Of a stretch of DNA of 64,000 bases, positions 1-10,147 are shown piece after piece. The stretch is from Nitrospirota bacterium (GTDB lineage Bacteria > Nitrospirota > UBA9217), in the NCBI GenBank assembly GCA_963818475.1, contig CAWFSF010000003.1, positions 213,797 to 277,796 on the forward strand. The letters are read 5' to 3'. Position 1 is the stretch's first letter. Every line of letters starts with the position of its first letter. A program made the translations under genes and the position numbers. The notes beneath the pieces were generated by a model. The model made no database searches, was not told the origin of the DNA, and saw only the letters and a list, made by a program, of their open reading frames with translations.

Positions 1-1414
1 CCATCCTCAGGATGCTCACGACCAAGGGAAATGTCGGCACGGTGATCGAATACGCGGGCGACGGCGTTAAAACGCTTTCGGTCCCGGAGCGCGCGACCAT
101 CACGAACATGGGCGCGGAACTTGGTGTAACGACCTCGGTCTTCCCGAGCGATGAGGTCACGCGCGCTTTCCTGAAAGCGCAGAAGCGTGAAGGCGACTGG
201 ACGGCCCTCGCAGCTGACACTGACGCAGCCTATCGAGAAGGTGATCGAGCTGGATCTTGCGAGCGTTGAGCCGCTCATGGCAAAACCGCACTCGCCGGAC
301 AACATCGGCTACTGTTGCCGAGCTGGCAGGAACAAAAGTGGACCAGGTCATGGTCGGGTCCTGCACCAATTCATCCTATCGCGACCTGATGATCGTGGCC
401 TCAATGCTCAAAGGCAGGAAGATCGATCCCGATACCAGCTTCGGCGTTGCTCCCGGCTCTCGCCAGGTGCTCGAGATGATCGCGAAGAACGGCGCGCTTG
501 CGGACATCATTTCCTCGGGCGCTCGGATACTCGAATCCACCTGCGGCTTCTGCATCGGCAGCGGGCAGGCGCCCCGGACCGATGCGGTCTCGATCCGCAC
601 CAGCAACCGCAACTTCGAGGCGCGCTCCGGCACCAAGAGCGCCAAGGTCTATCTGGCCAGCCCCGAGTCTGCCGTGGCAGCAGCGTTGACCGGCGTTATC
701 ACGGACCCGCGCGGCCTTGGCATCCCCTATCCGGAGATCAGCCTTCCTGGCGAGTTCTGGATCGAAGATTCCATGATCCTGCCTCCGTCCAAAGAGCCCC
801 AGGCCGTCTCGATCTACCGCGGCCCCAACATCGGCGCACCGCCCGCTGCCGAGCCGCTGCCGCAAACGATCAAGGGCGTGGTCGCCATCAAGGTCGGCGA
901 CAAGGTCACAACAGACCACATCATGCCTGCCGGGTCGCGGCTGAAATACCGCTCCAACATCCCCAAGTATGCCGAGTTCGTGTTCGAGGGCCTGGACGCA
1001 TCGTTCTCAAAGAAGTCGCTGGAGAATAAGAAGGCGGGGGTGCACAACATCGTGATCGCCGGCGTGAGCTACGGCCAGGGATCGAGCCGCGAGCATGCGG
1101 CCATCTGCCCCATGTACCTGGGGGTAAAAGCCATTGTCGCCAAGTCCTTCGAGCGCATTCACGCCGCGAACCTTATCAACTTCGGCATCCTGCCGCTCAC
1201 CTTTGCGAACGAGGCTGATTACGATGTGATCGGTGCGAACGACCAGGTCGAGATCAGCGGGATCATGGATGCGCTCAAGAAGGGTGCGGAGCTTATGCTT
1301 TCGGACAAGACGAATGGCAAGAACATCGCGCTCAAGTATTCGCTCAGCAGCAGGCAGCGTGACATCCTGCTTGCCGGCGGCATGCTGAACTACACGAAGA
1401 TGCACGCGAAGTAA
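1..1414 (+). CDS. acnA: Aconitate hydratase, 5'-truncated by the window edge, with frameshifts near 230 and 310
   Basis: Motifs RATITNMGAELG, GSCTNSSY, CGFCIG, RTSNRNFEAR, TTDHIMPAG and YGQGSSREHA are spread across ORFs 12..269, 187.. and 257..1414. Confidence 0.9.
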
Positions 1415-1440
1415 TCTTCGGAAGAAACGTTGCTCAAACC

Positions 1441-1476
1441 AAAAGCCGCGCTCAATTGAGTGCGGCTTTTTTCTTT
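1441..1476 (+). terminator. Rho-independent, probably bidirectional, terminator
   Basis: aaaagccgcgctc-aatt-gagtgcggctttttt hairpin with A/T tails, directly after the aconitase stop. Confidence 0.8.
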
Positions 1477-1504
1477 GCTGGCCCCTGTTCTATTTTTAAA
1501 ATCC

Positions 1505-1551
1505 CCCCTCACCCTACCCTCTCCCCCGAGGGGAGAGGGTAGGGTGAGGGG
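1505..1551. repeat. REP-like palindrome, copy 1 of 3
   Basis: Perfect 22-bp stem cccctcaccctaccctctcccc-cga-ggggagagggtagggtgagggg; related copies at 55014 and 60166. Confidence 0.85.
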
Positions 1552-1588
1552 TTTTCGTCCGACTTTTCCCTGCCCAAAGGTTCACGGC

Positions 1589-1617
1589 ATTCGTGTTCAT
1601 TCGCGTAATTCGTGGTT
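1589..1617. repeat. 9-bp periodic array (half hairpin)
   Basis: attcgtgttc attcgcgta attcgtggtt; same style as the arms at 2147-2173 and 50805-50832. Confidence 0.55.
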
Positions 1618-1635
1618 GATCGCTTCTTTTTGGAA

Positions 1636-2034
1636 CTATATCCTGCTCCTGCACTCCCGATGCCCGCACCTGCACTGCATGCCGTCATCATGCGGCGTTT
1701 CACCATAGTCCAGAGTCAGCTCTTCCCCGGCTTTGATATCGCGCTTCGCATATATCTCCACCCGGTGCCGAAAAATGCGCATGAAAACATTAGGGCCACA
1801 GCTGTGGTTCAGATGGCGGAGCGCGTTCCCGCGGGTGCAATCCAGCGCATGGGTGTGATCCAGGTCGATGAGGCACATCCGGCACTTGCCCCTTGCCCTC
1901 TGGCGCGCAGTGCGAATGGATATGATCTCGCCGGTGACCTCTCCGATCTTTGCACGGCGAGGGATCCGGGTGGCTGCGAAAACGCCCGTGCCCTCGATGG
2001 CGCTTCGTCCGGATTTTACTTCGTAGTTGAGCAT
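1636..2034 (-). CDS. SET-domain lysine methyltransferase with post-SET zinc motif
   Basis: GTGVFA, RHLNHSCGPN, GEELTLDYG and CRCGHRECR motifs. Confidence 0.9.
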   Translation of the reverse strand: MLNYEVKSGRSAIEGTGVFAATRIPRRAKIGEVTGEIISIRTARQRARGKCRMCLIDLDHTHALDCTRGNALRHLNHSCGPNVFMRIFRHRVEIYAKRDIKAGEELTLDYGETPHDDGMQCRCGHRECRSRI

Positions 2035-2097
2035 ATCGTGCGGCTTCTCCTTGAAGGTTTTGCAGTAGTTACCGAAGTCTTGGTTTGGTCATTATCT

Positions 2098-2173
2098 ACC
2101 ACGGAGACACGGGTCACGGAGAAGAACAGTAGACGTGACGTGGCTTTTCTCCGTGTCTCCGTGCCTCCGTGGT
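2098..2173. repeat. Hairpin built of 9-bp periodic units
   Basis: accacggagacacgggtcacggagaa ... ttctccgtgtctccgtgcctccgtggt inverted arms. Confidence 0.8.
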
Positions 2174-2217
2174 TATATTCGATTTAGTGCTGCTGGTCAC
2201 ATATGTTGCCACCGGAC

Positions 2218-2247
2218 AAAACAAAACCGCACCATAAGAGGTGCGGC
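2218..2247 (-). terminator. Rho-independent terminator after galT
   Basis: Minus strand reads gccgcacc-tcttat-ggtgcggttttgtttt. Confidence 0.7.
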
Positions 2248-2278
2248 TGGTGGGATAGATGATCCATCGGACCAACGA

Positions 2279-3304
2279 TCACAGTTTCACGTCCCTCAGA
2301 TATTTTGCAGCGGCTTCTGGCGGCGTGTGATTGATATAAAAACCGGAGCCGCGCTCGAATCCCTCAACGCGGGTAAGCCGCGGCATGATCTCGAGATGCC
2401 AGTGAAAATCGTCGCTCAGCGTGTGCCAGTGCCCGCGGCGCGGCACCCGGTTCGGAGCAGTGTACAGCATATAGTTATACGGTGGATTGTTCAGGACCAT
2501 CCCGAGCCGCTTGAGGGTATGCTTCAGTGTCCGCGCGAAATCCATGGTCTCTTCTTTCGTCACGTCCGTGTACGAGCAGAGATGTTTCTTGGGATAGATC
2601 CAGGTCTCAAAAGGAAAGCGCGGCGCAAAGGGCGCCATGACCAGAAAATGGCGGGTCTCCTCGATGATCCGCTCGGGTGTTGCCAGCTCCTGCCTGATGA
2701 TGTCGCAGAAGATGCAGCGCTCTTTGTAATCATAATACGATTTGGCCCCGTCCAGCTTTTCCTTGACGAGCTTGGGTATGACCGGCGTGGCGATGATCTG
2801 GGAATGGGTGTGGTTTACCAGGGAACCGGCCGTCCAGCCCTGGTTCTTGAAGATGAGCACGTACCGGAGACGGCTGTCACGCTCGAGGTCGAGGATGCGG
2901 TCGCGGTAGGCCCAGAGGACCTTTTCGACCTGGCTCTCGGGAAGGTCCTCGAGCCTGAGTGCATGCTCCGGGCTTTCGATGATGAGCTCGTGGGCGCCGA
3001 TGCCGTTCATGGTGTCATAGATGCCGGTGCCTTCGCGCTCAAGGCTCCCTTCGATGTGCAGGACAGGATACTTGCTGGGTATGACCCGCACCCACCAACC
3101 GGCGGTATTGGGCTGCGTTTTTTCTGCGCGGAATGCGGCGATCTCCGGAGGGGTCTTGGCTTCGTTGCCCGAGCAGAAGGGGCATTCGGCAGGGGTCACA
3201 TCATCGGCAGGTTCTTCGAAGATATATTCTTCCGGCTTCTTCGGCCGGTCATTGGCGACAATGATCCACCGGCCTACAATAGGGTCTTTCCGCAGCCGGG
3301 ACAT
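2279..3304 (-). CDS. galT: Galactose-1-phosphate uridylyltransferase
   Basis: LRKDPIVGRW, CPFC, GAHELIIESPEH, GSLVNHTHSQ (HxHxQ), CIFC and HWHLEIMPR. Confidence 0.9.
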   Translation of the reverse strand: MSRLRKDPIVGRWIIVANDRPKKPEEYIFEEPADDVTPAECPFCSGNEAKTPPEIAAFRAEKTQPNTAGWWVRVIPSKYPVLHIEGSLEREGTGIYDTMNGIGAHELIIESPEHALRLEDLPESQVEKVLWAYRDRILDLERDSRLRYVLIFKNQGWTAGSLVNHTHSQIIATPVIPKLVKEKLDGAKSYYDYKERCIFCDIIRQELATPERIIEETRHFLVMAPFAPRFPFETWIYPKKHLCSYTDVTKEETMDFARTLKHTLKRLGMVLNNPPYNYMLYTAPNRVPRRGHWHTLSDDFHWHLEIMPRLTRVEGFERGSGFYINHTPPEAAAKYLRDVKL

Positions 3305-3681
3305 CAGCTTCCCGACCTCGCCTGCTTCTCGGTAAGGACCTTGTGAACGATCCGCTTCAGTTCTTTGATGCGGATGGGCTTGTTGATGTATTCCGCAACG
3401 CCCAGGCTCATTGCCTTAAGATAGGTTTCGACCTCGCCATAGGCCGTGACCATGATCACATCGGTCTTCGAGCCGGTCTTCCGGAGTTCCTGCACCAGCT
3501 GCAGACCATCCATCACCGGCATCTTAATGTCCGTTATCACCAGGTCAAAGGAATTGCCGCCGAACAACGCAAGCGCTTCGGCCCCATCATTGGCAAGGGT
3601 GATCGTGTGTCCTTCGTCCGCGAGAATGGTAAAAAAAAGTTCGCGTGCGCCTTCTTCATCATCAGCAACAAGAATCTTCAT
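3304..3681 (-). CDS. Single-domain response regulator (CheY-like)
   Basis: ILVADDE, DLVITDIKMP and YINKP; stop overlaps the galT start. Confidence 0.9.
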   Translation of the reverse strand: MKILVADDEEGARELFFTILADEGHTITLANDGAEALALFGGNSFDLVITDIKMPVMDGLQLVQELRKTGSKTDVIMVTAYGEVETYLKAMSLGVAEYINKPIRIKELKRIVHKVLTEKQARSGS

Positions 3682-3829
3682 CTGCTCTCCAACCGCCTCT
3701 TCTTTTGAAACATCGTCAGTGTATGAAAAATATCACAAAAACCGTGAATCGTCAAGGTACGGCAAAGGGGAGCGGGGCAGTGCGCAAGAGCAAAAGTTTT
3801 CGTATTCCATGCCCTAGGCGTATGAAATA

Positions 3830-4594
3830 TCAATGGTTTATGTCGTACAGCAGCCGGAGGCCTTCCAGCGTCAGCTGCGGTTTTATTTCCTGGATGCTCC
3901 TCGTCTCGGGTGAAACGAGTTCGGCAAGCCCTCCGGTCGCCACAACGCGGGCATCGGAGGCAAGCTCCTTCTTCATGCGCTCCACGATGCCGTCCACCAG
4001 CCCGGCATACCCATAGATGATTCCAGCCTGCATGGCGCTGATGGTATCGCGGCCGATGACCTTCTGGGGCTTGGACAGCTCCACCCGTGGCAATTTCGAT
4101 GCACGTTGAAACAGCGCTTCCGCGGAGATCTTGATGCCGGGAGTGATGGCGCCGCCAAGGTATTCTCCGTCTTTGGTCACCGCGCAGAACGTGGTCGCCG
4201 TGCCGAAGTCCACGATGATGAGCGGCCCGCCGAAGAGCTTGAATGCGGCCGCGGCGTTCACGATGCGGTCCGCGCCCACTTCCTTCGGGTTGTCGTAGCG
4301 GATCGTGATGCCGGTCTTGAGCTCGTGGGTCACGATCATCGGTTCGATCCGGAAATATTTTTGGGACATTTCGACCATGACCGGCAGGAGCGGCGGCACC
4401 ACGGTCGAAATGATAACGCCCGTGATCTGCTTGAACTCGAGCCCGGCAAAGCCGAAGAGGTCCTTGAAGATCATGGCATACTCATCCGGCGTGATCTGCG
4501 CGTTCGTTCCTACGCGCCAGTTCTCAACGAGCCGCTCTTTGTCGAACACGCCGAGCACGACGTTCGTGTTGCCGATATCGATGGCAAGAAGCAT
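3830..4594 (-). CDS. coaX: Type III pantothenate kinase
   Basis: MLLAIDIGNT, GADRI, IVDFGTATT and ATGGLA; RBS ggagg precedes the ATG at 4594. Confidence 0.95.
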   Translation of the reverse strand: MLLAIDIGNTNVVLGVFDKERLVENWRVGTNAQITPDEYAMIFKDLFGFAGLEFKQITGVIISTVVPPLLPVMVEMSQKYFRIEPMIVTHELKTGITIRYDNPKEVGADRIVNAAAAFKLFGGPLIIVDFGTATTFCAVTKDGEYLGGAITPGIKISAEALFQRASKLPRVELSKPQKVIGRDTISAMQAGIIYGYAGLVDGIVERMKKELASDARVVATGGLAELVSPETRSIQEIKPQLTLEGLRLLYDINH

Positions 4595-4613
4595 GGTTCC
4601 TCCGGGAACGAGT

Positions 4614-4699
4614 AGGGTCAAGTAGCATGGAGCAAGGATAAACAAAAATTATCCGGCTTGTCTAAGCTCCTTGCTACTTGCTACTTGACCCTTGCCCCT
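4614..4699. repeat. Hairpin of 7-bp periodic units overlapping the birA 3' end
   Basis: agggtcaagtagca (4614-4627) pairs perfectly with tgctacttgaccct (4679-4692); tandem ctacttg units. Confidence 0.75.
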
Positions 4700-5669
4700 G
4701 TTTTTTAACGATCGTCACATCCCCTGCCGCGACGATCCGTATCGTATTGTCATCAAGCGCGACCATGAGCCTGCCTTCAGGGTCGATGCCCTGCGCCAGG
4801 CCTTCAAAGACCTCGCCCATGCCGCTTACCGTTACGCGGCGGCCTATGGTCATGTTCAGCTGTTCCCATGCCTTCAGCACTTCACTCTCGCTGCGCAGGA
4901 AGATCCGGTACCAGTGCTCAAGGTCGTGCAGAATCTGCTGAACAAGCAGTTTGCGGTCTATATTCGCGCCGGTTTCTGCGGCCAGGGTCGTTGCGTGCAT
5001 CCTGACATCCGGGGGCAGCTCCTGGAGATCCATATTCACATCAACCCCGATGCCCAGGGCAATGTGCCGTATCCGGTCCGGCTCGGCGCTCATCTCGGTA
5101 AGCAGGCCGGCCGCCTTTTTTCCGGAGATGAGGATGTCGTTGGGCCACTTGATCGCCGCCTGAACAGAACAGTGCTTCCTGATCGCCGTAGCCACGGCCA
5201 CTGCCCCCACCAGCGTGATGAGCGGAGCCTTATGCGTAGGGATCTGCGGCCGCAGGATGACGCTCAAGTACAGGTTCCCCCGGGGCGAGATCCATGTTCT
5301 GCCGAGCCGGCCCTTGCCGCCGGTCTGCGTCTCGGCGATGATGACCGTGCCCTCGGGCGCGCCCTGCGACGCCGCCTCCATGGCCAGCGTGTTCGTGGAA
5401 ACAACCTCGGGGAACAGGCGAATGTCCTTGCCAATGCTCCTGGTCTTGAGCCCACGACCCAGATCGGTCTGCCGGAGCGTATCTGGCACAAGGGTGATCC
5501 TGTATCCCTGGGATGGAACCGCCTCGATCCCGAAACCTTCGCGCTCAAGCGCCTTGATATGCTTCCACACCATGGTGCGGGAGATGCCGAGCCGCGTTGC
5601 CAGGGCTGCGCCGGAAAGGAAGGCGGTCTTGGACGACTGCAGGAGCTGAAGGATTTTATCTTTGGACAT
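4674..5669 (-). CDS. birA: Bifunctional biotin-protein ligase/repressor
   Basis: N-terminal HTH (SGAALATRLGISRTMVWKHI), QTGGKGRLGRTW, KWPND and KAAGLL. Confidence 0.95.
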   Translation of the reverse strand: MSKDKILQLLQSSKTAFLSGAALATRLGISRTMVWKHIKALEREGFGIEAVPSQGYRITLVPDTLRQTDLGRGLKTRSIGKDIRLFPEVVSTNTLAMEAASQGAPEGTVIIAETQTGGKGRLGRTWISPRGNLYLSVILRPQIPTHKAPLITLVGAVAVATAIRKHCSVQAAIKWPNDILISGKKAAGLLTEMSAEPDRIRHIALGIGVDVNMDLQELPPDVRMHATTLAAETGANIDRKLLVQQILHDLEHWYRIFLRSESEVLKAWEQLNMTIGRRVTVSGMGEVFEGLAQGIDPEGRLMVALDDNTIRIVAAGDVTIVKKQGQGSSSK

Positions 5670-5759
5670 AATACACCAGGGGATAGGATCCAGGAGTCAG
5701 GGTTCAGGCAATGAAAAAAGCCTCGCCCTGCTTACTACTGTACTCTGATCCCCACCCTG

Positions 5760-6588
5760 CTACTTGATCTTCATGCTGACATCCGCTGCAGGCGCCGAGT
5801 GGGTGAGGCTTCCCGAGGAGATGAGGTCGACCCCGGTCTCCGCAATATGCCGCACGGTCTCAAGCGTAACATTGCCCGATGCTTCGACCAGCGCCTGCCC
5901 CTTGATCATCTTTACCGCTTCACGCATGACGTCGATCGGCATGTTGTCCAGCATGATGATATCCGCCTTCACTGCCAGCGCTTCCCGCACTTCGCCGAGA
6001 TTTTTTGTCTCGACCTCGATCTTGAGGAGGTGGTGGGCTTTCTTTCTTGCATGCTCGATTGCGAGCGTGATACTGCCCACTGCTTTAATATGATTGTCCT
6101 TGATCAGCACGCCGTCGGACAAGCCCGAACCGGTGGTTCCTGCCGCCGCCCATGCGCACGGCATATTTTTCGAGCATGCGCAGACCGGGCAGGGTCTTCC
6201 GCGTGTCCAGCACTTCGGTATGCAGACCTTTGACCTTTTCGACGTACGCTGCCGTCAGCGTTGCGATCCCCGACAGGTGCTGCAGCAGGTTCAGAGCCAC
6301 CCGTTCCCCGGCAAGCAGTGCCCGCGTGTTCCCGAACAAACGGGCCAGTTCGGAACCTGCGTGAATGACCTCGCCGTCTTTCGCGAATGGCGAGAACTGA
6401 ATGGCCGGATCGAGCTGGCGAAACACTTCCCTGGCCACATCGATCCCGGCAAGCACGAGATGCTGTTTGGCAAGGATCACAGCTTCCGACGTGGATTCGG
6501 CCGGGATCGTGGCTTCGGACGTAATGTCGCCATGTCCAAGGTCTTCGACGAGTGCGTTTGCGATAAGGTTTTTCAGATTGAAATCCAA
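5760..6588 (-). CDS. nadC: Nicotinate-nucleotide pyrophosphorylase, frameshifted near 6120-6150
   Basis: EDLGHGDIT, ERVALNLLQHLSGIAT and DTRKTLPGLR in one frame; LIKDNH, IEVE, MLDN and EASG in the other. Confidence 0.9.
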
Positions 6589-6819
6589 ATTTCTATGATC
6601 TCCCGTTCAGTTCTTTCCCGCATAAAGGTTCCCAACACACTAAGAGCAAAGCTTTGACGCTAATAATATCGTCTTTAAAATTCAATTGCAACCAATTAAT
6701 ATTTAAAGGTATTTATTAATCCCAGAGACGTCAATAAGAAGCGCTGGTAGGTCAGTATCAATGAGAACGACCTGGGCGCTCCCTTGATATGCATGCTGAG
6801 AATGCCCCGGTATTCCTCG

Positions 6820-8565
6820 TTATGGTTTAATCTTGTCGAGTAGCTTCATGAAATTCCGTTTCAGCTTGTGCGTAACACGGACGGCCAGCAGGAAGTCGGT
6901 AAAACCCTCATCCTGGTTCAAACGGTGCTGAAGCAACTGTATCTTACGGATCAGCGCGGCTGCTTCTTCATATGCCCGATTGTCCTTGCGGTATGCAATA
7001 GGGTCGATCCATTTTTTGTAAACCATTATTGCATCTGCGGGATGATCTTTCTCCCGGACAGCTGCCAGCTTCATCCATAGTTGCTCTGAACAACCGCCGG
7101 TCTGCGCTTCAGACCACGCGGCATCGGAATCCTTTTCCCAGAGGAAGATCTCAACCAACAGGGAGTTATCAGGGCCAACGAAGCCCCATGATCTGAGCGT
7201 CGATTTCCGTTTTCTCGCTTCAATTTCTTTTCTGATGAAATCCAGCGATTTATCGCGCCATGACTGCCACTGGCCGATTCCATCCGCATTTTTCTTGAGC
7301 TTTCCGTAAGTCTCCAGACTAGCGCGCTCGACGAACTCCAGCCACATGAGTTTCATGGCCTCGTCATGACGTTTGCTCCGGTGATACGCGGCAGCCAGAA
7401 AATCGCGGAGGCGGGAATCAGTCCGCTCGGGAAACGCATTAAGCCCAGCCTCGGCCCACTCCAGGGACTTATCCTGCTTATTGGCCTTAGTGTAGAGCTC
7501 AGCAATCTGAAAATAATAATAGGCAGAGGAAAGATCGCGTTTCTTGATATCCACCATGGCCTCGACATCGCCGGACAATTCAGCCAGGGTTTCCATGATA
7601 TGGGTGATATTGAATCGTCTGTGTGAATGTTCTTCCCGATCTTCTTTGCGTGGTCCCTTCGGCTTGATTTGTTTCCATTGCTCTTCAGCAAGACCGCGGT
7701 AGATTGTGAGTCCCTTTTTCCCGAGGATTGATGCATACGCTTTCGCCGCGCCGTAAAAAACATCCCACTCGCCGTTCAGTTCTTTCTCAAAAAGGCGTTC
7801 GGCAAGCTTCTCCGGATCAGGCTTGGCCTTGCGACATGCGGCAAGATGTATCTCCTGTAATCGATGGAGCATATCGCCCATCTCGCCATTCGAATCGTCT
7901 ACCGACTGTATCGCGATCTCAACTTCGTCGATCGCATACTCGGCAAGCTCAATGACCTCCGTTGCATGGCCATCCTTCAGCAGATCTTCGATCGTATCAA
8001 AAACATTGTCCACGTTCCTTGTGTAACCCCGCATGGCGTGGTAATCCACGAAATCGCCCGGGTCGATGGCGTTGCGGATGATCTTCTTCAATGCGCAGAG
8101 GTTGCGCCCGCCCGGCAGCTTCTTCGCCGTCTGCATGAACAGCTTCTCGCGCAGATGGTCGTCGTCCTGCGCCTGTTGCAGGATCATCTCGACGAGAGCG
8201 TCTTTCTCAAGAGCTTCCAGGTGGCTCTTCACGTCCTTCATCGTGATCTCGGCTTTAGCAGCCTTACTGCCTTTTTCGCCCTTATCTTTGCTTCCGCCTT
8301 CTATCCAGGCCAGACCCACAGCCACGCAGTGCTTGCAGAATATGTCTTCGTCGCCCATGGGGCAGGTGCAGGAGTGTTCCACCTCACCATCATCAAATTG
8401 AAGTTTGACTGTGTACGTGCGAGTTCCCTTGACCGTGGCTGTTATTGTACCGTTATACTCGGTTATTGATTGAACCAAACCGAGAGCTAAGTACTGTTCT
8501 CCACGATCGAAGGAACTCGGATCAGCGATACGGCGGATGGCGTTGAGGGTCAAAACAGCTATCAT
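6820..8565 (-). CDS. SWIM zinc-finger protein with long helical C-terminal region
   Basis: SFDRGEQY...CTCP-x6-CKHCVA SWIM motif; intact 581-aa ORF. Confidence 0.85.
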   Translation of the reverse strand: MIAVLTLNAIRRIADPSSFDRGEQYLALGLVQSITEYNGTITATVKGTRTYTVKLQFDDGEVEHSCTCPMGDEDIFCKHCVAVGLAWIEGGSKDKGEKGSKAAKAEITMKDVKSHLEALEKDALVEMILQQAQDDDHLREKLFMQTAKKLPGGRNLCALKKIIRNAIDPGDFVDYHAMRGYTRNVDNVFDTIEDLLKDGHATEVIELAEYAIDEVEIAIQSVDDSNGEMGDMLHRLQEIHLAACRKAKPDPEKLAERLFEKELNGEWDVFYGAAKAYASILGKKGLTIYRGLAEEQWKQIKPKGPRKEDREEHSHRRFNITHIMETLAELSGDVEAMVDIKKRDLSSAYYYFQIAELYTKANKQDKSLEWAEAGLNAFPERTDSRLRDFLAAAYHRSKRHDEAMKLMWLEFVERASLETYGKLKKNADGIGQWQSWRDKSLDFIRKEIEARKRKSTLRSWGFVGPDNSLLVEIFLWEKDSDAAWSEAQTGGCSEQLWMKLAAVREKDHPADAIMVYKKWIDPIAYRKDNRAYEEAAALIRKIQLLQHRLNQDEGFTDFLLAVRVTHKLKRNFMKLLDKIKP

Positions 8566-8634
8566 GAACTTATTCCTGTCCCCAGATGCGATGTGATGCT
8601 GCCATATGAGATTGTCGAATCATGCCGACAATTG

Positions 8635-8766
8635 ACGGGCTGTTGCCCAAATCACATTACGACGATAATGTCATTCTGAGCGTAGCGAAGAATCTCGCAT
8701 AAACAACATGATAGCGGACCCTTCACTACGTTCAAGGTGACAAATTGGGTTTGGGCAACAGCCCGT
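8635..8766. mobile_element. MITE-like element, family A, with REP-like internal hairpins
   Basis: 17-bp terminal inverted repeats acgggctgttgcccaaa ... tttgggcaacagcccgt; closely related copies in the opposite orientation at 52519 and 52680. Confidence 0.85.
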
Positions 8767-8790
8767 CGAGATTTTACTCCCGAATTTTTT

Positions 8791-9588
8791 TTATTTCTGC
8801 GCGTATCCGCCATCTGGTTCCTCATCATGGTCCGTAGCGGTTTCGCCATGCTCCACGCCGCTCTTTTCCCAGGCGTCGACCCAGGCGCCGGCTTCCTGGT
8901 GCCACTCCTGAAAGCGGATCAAGCTGTCGCGGCCTATGTAGAGCGACCGCAGATACTCCTGGTTAATGTCCGCGGGCAAACCAAGGGTCGGAAGCGTCAC
9001 AACCGATTCGTGCCCTGCGCCCCCAGCCTTGGTATGCGGACCGGGAGCGATGGGCATCCAGAATGCGTAGCGCGGCAGCGGCTTGCCTTTCGGCGCCTGC
9101 CGGTTCGCCGTCTGTACAACCTTTGCCGAAAAGTCCTTCAACACCGCTTCAAACGACTGCGAGGCTTTCCCTTTGAACGTGATCACGATCGGTTCAGAAG
9201 CCCCTTGCACCGCCGCAAGCACCTGCAAGTGCCCTCGCATGTTTGCGCCCATGACGAAGGCCTGGCGCGGATAATAGGCGGTCTCGCTGCCCTGCCTTGC
9301 AAACCAACGAAAGCGCGTACGGATCGGGGCTATGCTGATTTTATGCGCCGTCAACGCGTTTTCTTCCTTCCCGCTGCGGAAGATTATCCGCTCCTTTGTC
9401 CAGCCGGGAAAAGAAGCGCCCTCGGACAGATACTTTTCCGGCAGCACCGCACCGCCGGAGAATTGCACGCCACCGAGGGCCTTGAGCGCCTGCTGCCCGT
9501 TGTGCCACTGGGCCACAGGATAAACGGGTACGATTTGCTCGGAAGCATTCGGGTCCACGACATCGTAATCGAAATCAGAGTTGCTCAT
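8791..9588 (-). CDS. Hypothetical protein, possibly a phage/plasmid-type ssDNA-binding protein
   Basis: 265-aa ORF with strong RBS (aaggagg), aromatic/basic beta-rich core and acidic tail; the function is an inference. Confidence 0.65.
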   Translation of the reverse strand: MSNSDFDYDVVDPNASEQIVPVYPVAQWHNGQQALKALGGVQFSGGAVLPEKYLSEGASFPGWTKERIIFRSGKEENALTAHKISIAPIRTRFRWFARQGSETAYYPRQAFVMGANMRGHLQVLAAVQGASEPIVITFKGKASQSFEAVLKDFSAKVVQTANRQAPKGKPLPRYAFWMPIAPGPHTKAGGAGHESVVTLPTLGLPADINQEYLRSLYIGRDSLIRFQEWHQEAGAWVDAWEKSGVEHGETATDHDEEPDGGYAQK

Positions 9589-9654
9589 AATTCCTCCTTT
9601 GGCAATTCTAGTATTCGGAAGGTTGGACGGTTTCTCCTCTGAAGCCAGATCCTT

Positions 9655-10023
9655 TCAAAACTCATATCCCATCGAAACCCAGTAGCGCCAGTCTTCGACA
9701 GCCTCTTTGGTCTCCCTGCTCGCCTTGATGCCTTCCAACTGCGACAGCGGCACGCCGAATTTTCGTTTCTCCCATCGGATCGTCACGAACATTTCCCGTT
9801 CGCATTCATCCTCCGGCGCCATGCCGACGACTTCCACCACCTCGCCGGTCTTTAACGGGGAAATTGATCTGGTTGCAATGCATTTGGCGGCAAAGGGAAA
9901 CTCCAGGCGGTCCTCAAGGTAGCAGTACCACCCCATGGCGCGCTCGGCTTCGCCGTAGCAATCCACGATGATTTCTTCATCAATGCGTGCCTCGCGGGAT
10001 TTGTCTGTTTTGGGCTTGGCCAT
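9655..10023 (-). CDS. CcbP-family calcium-binding protein
   Basis: REARIDEEIIVDCYG..E.AMGWYCYLE..L.FPF.A.C and PLSQL...EAVEDWRYW pattern. Confidence 0.8.
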   Translation of the reverse strand: MAKPKTDKSREARIDEEIIVDCYGEAERAMGWYCYLEDRLEFPFAAKCIATRSISPLKTGEVVEVVGMAPEDECEREMFVTIRWEKRKFGVPLSQLEGIKASRETKEAVEDWRYWVSMGYEF

Positions 10024-10147
10024 AAATATGTTGGTATTATCTTACCCAAATACAATATTAGTGACCTGGCTCCATGAAGTTGCGAGCCACGACACACCGC
10101 AAACCTTCACAACAGGATAAGGCTTGAGACCATGAATGATTTTGGCT

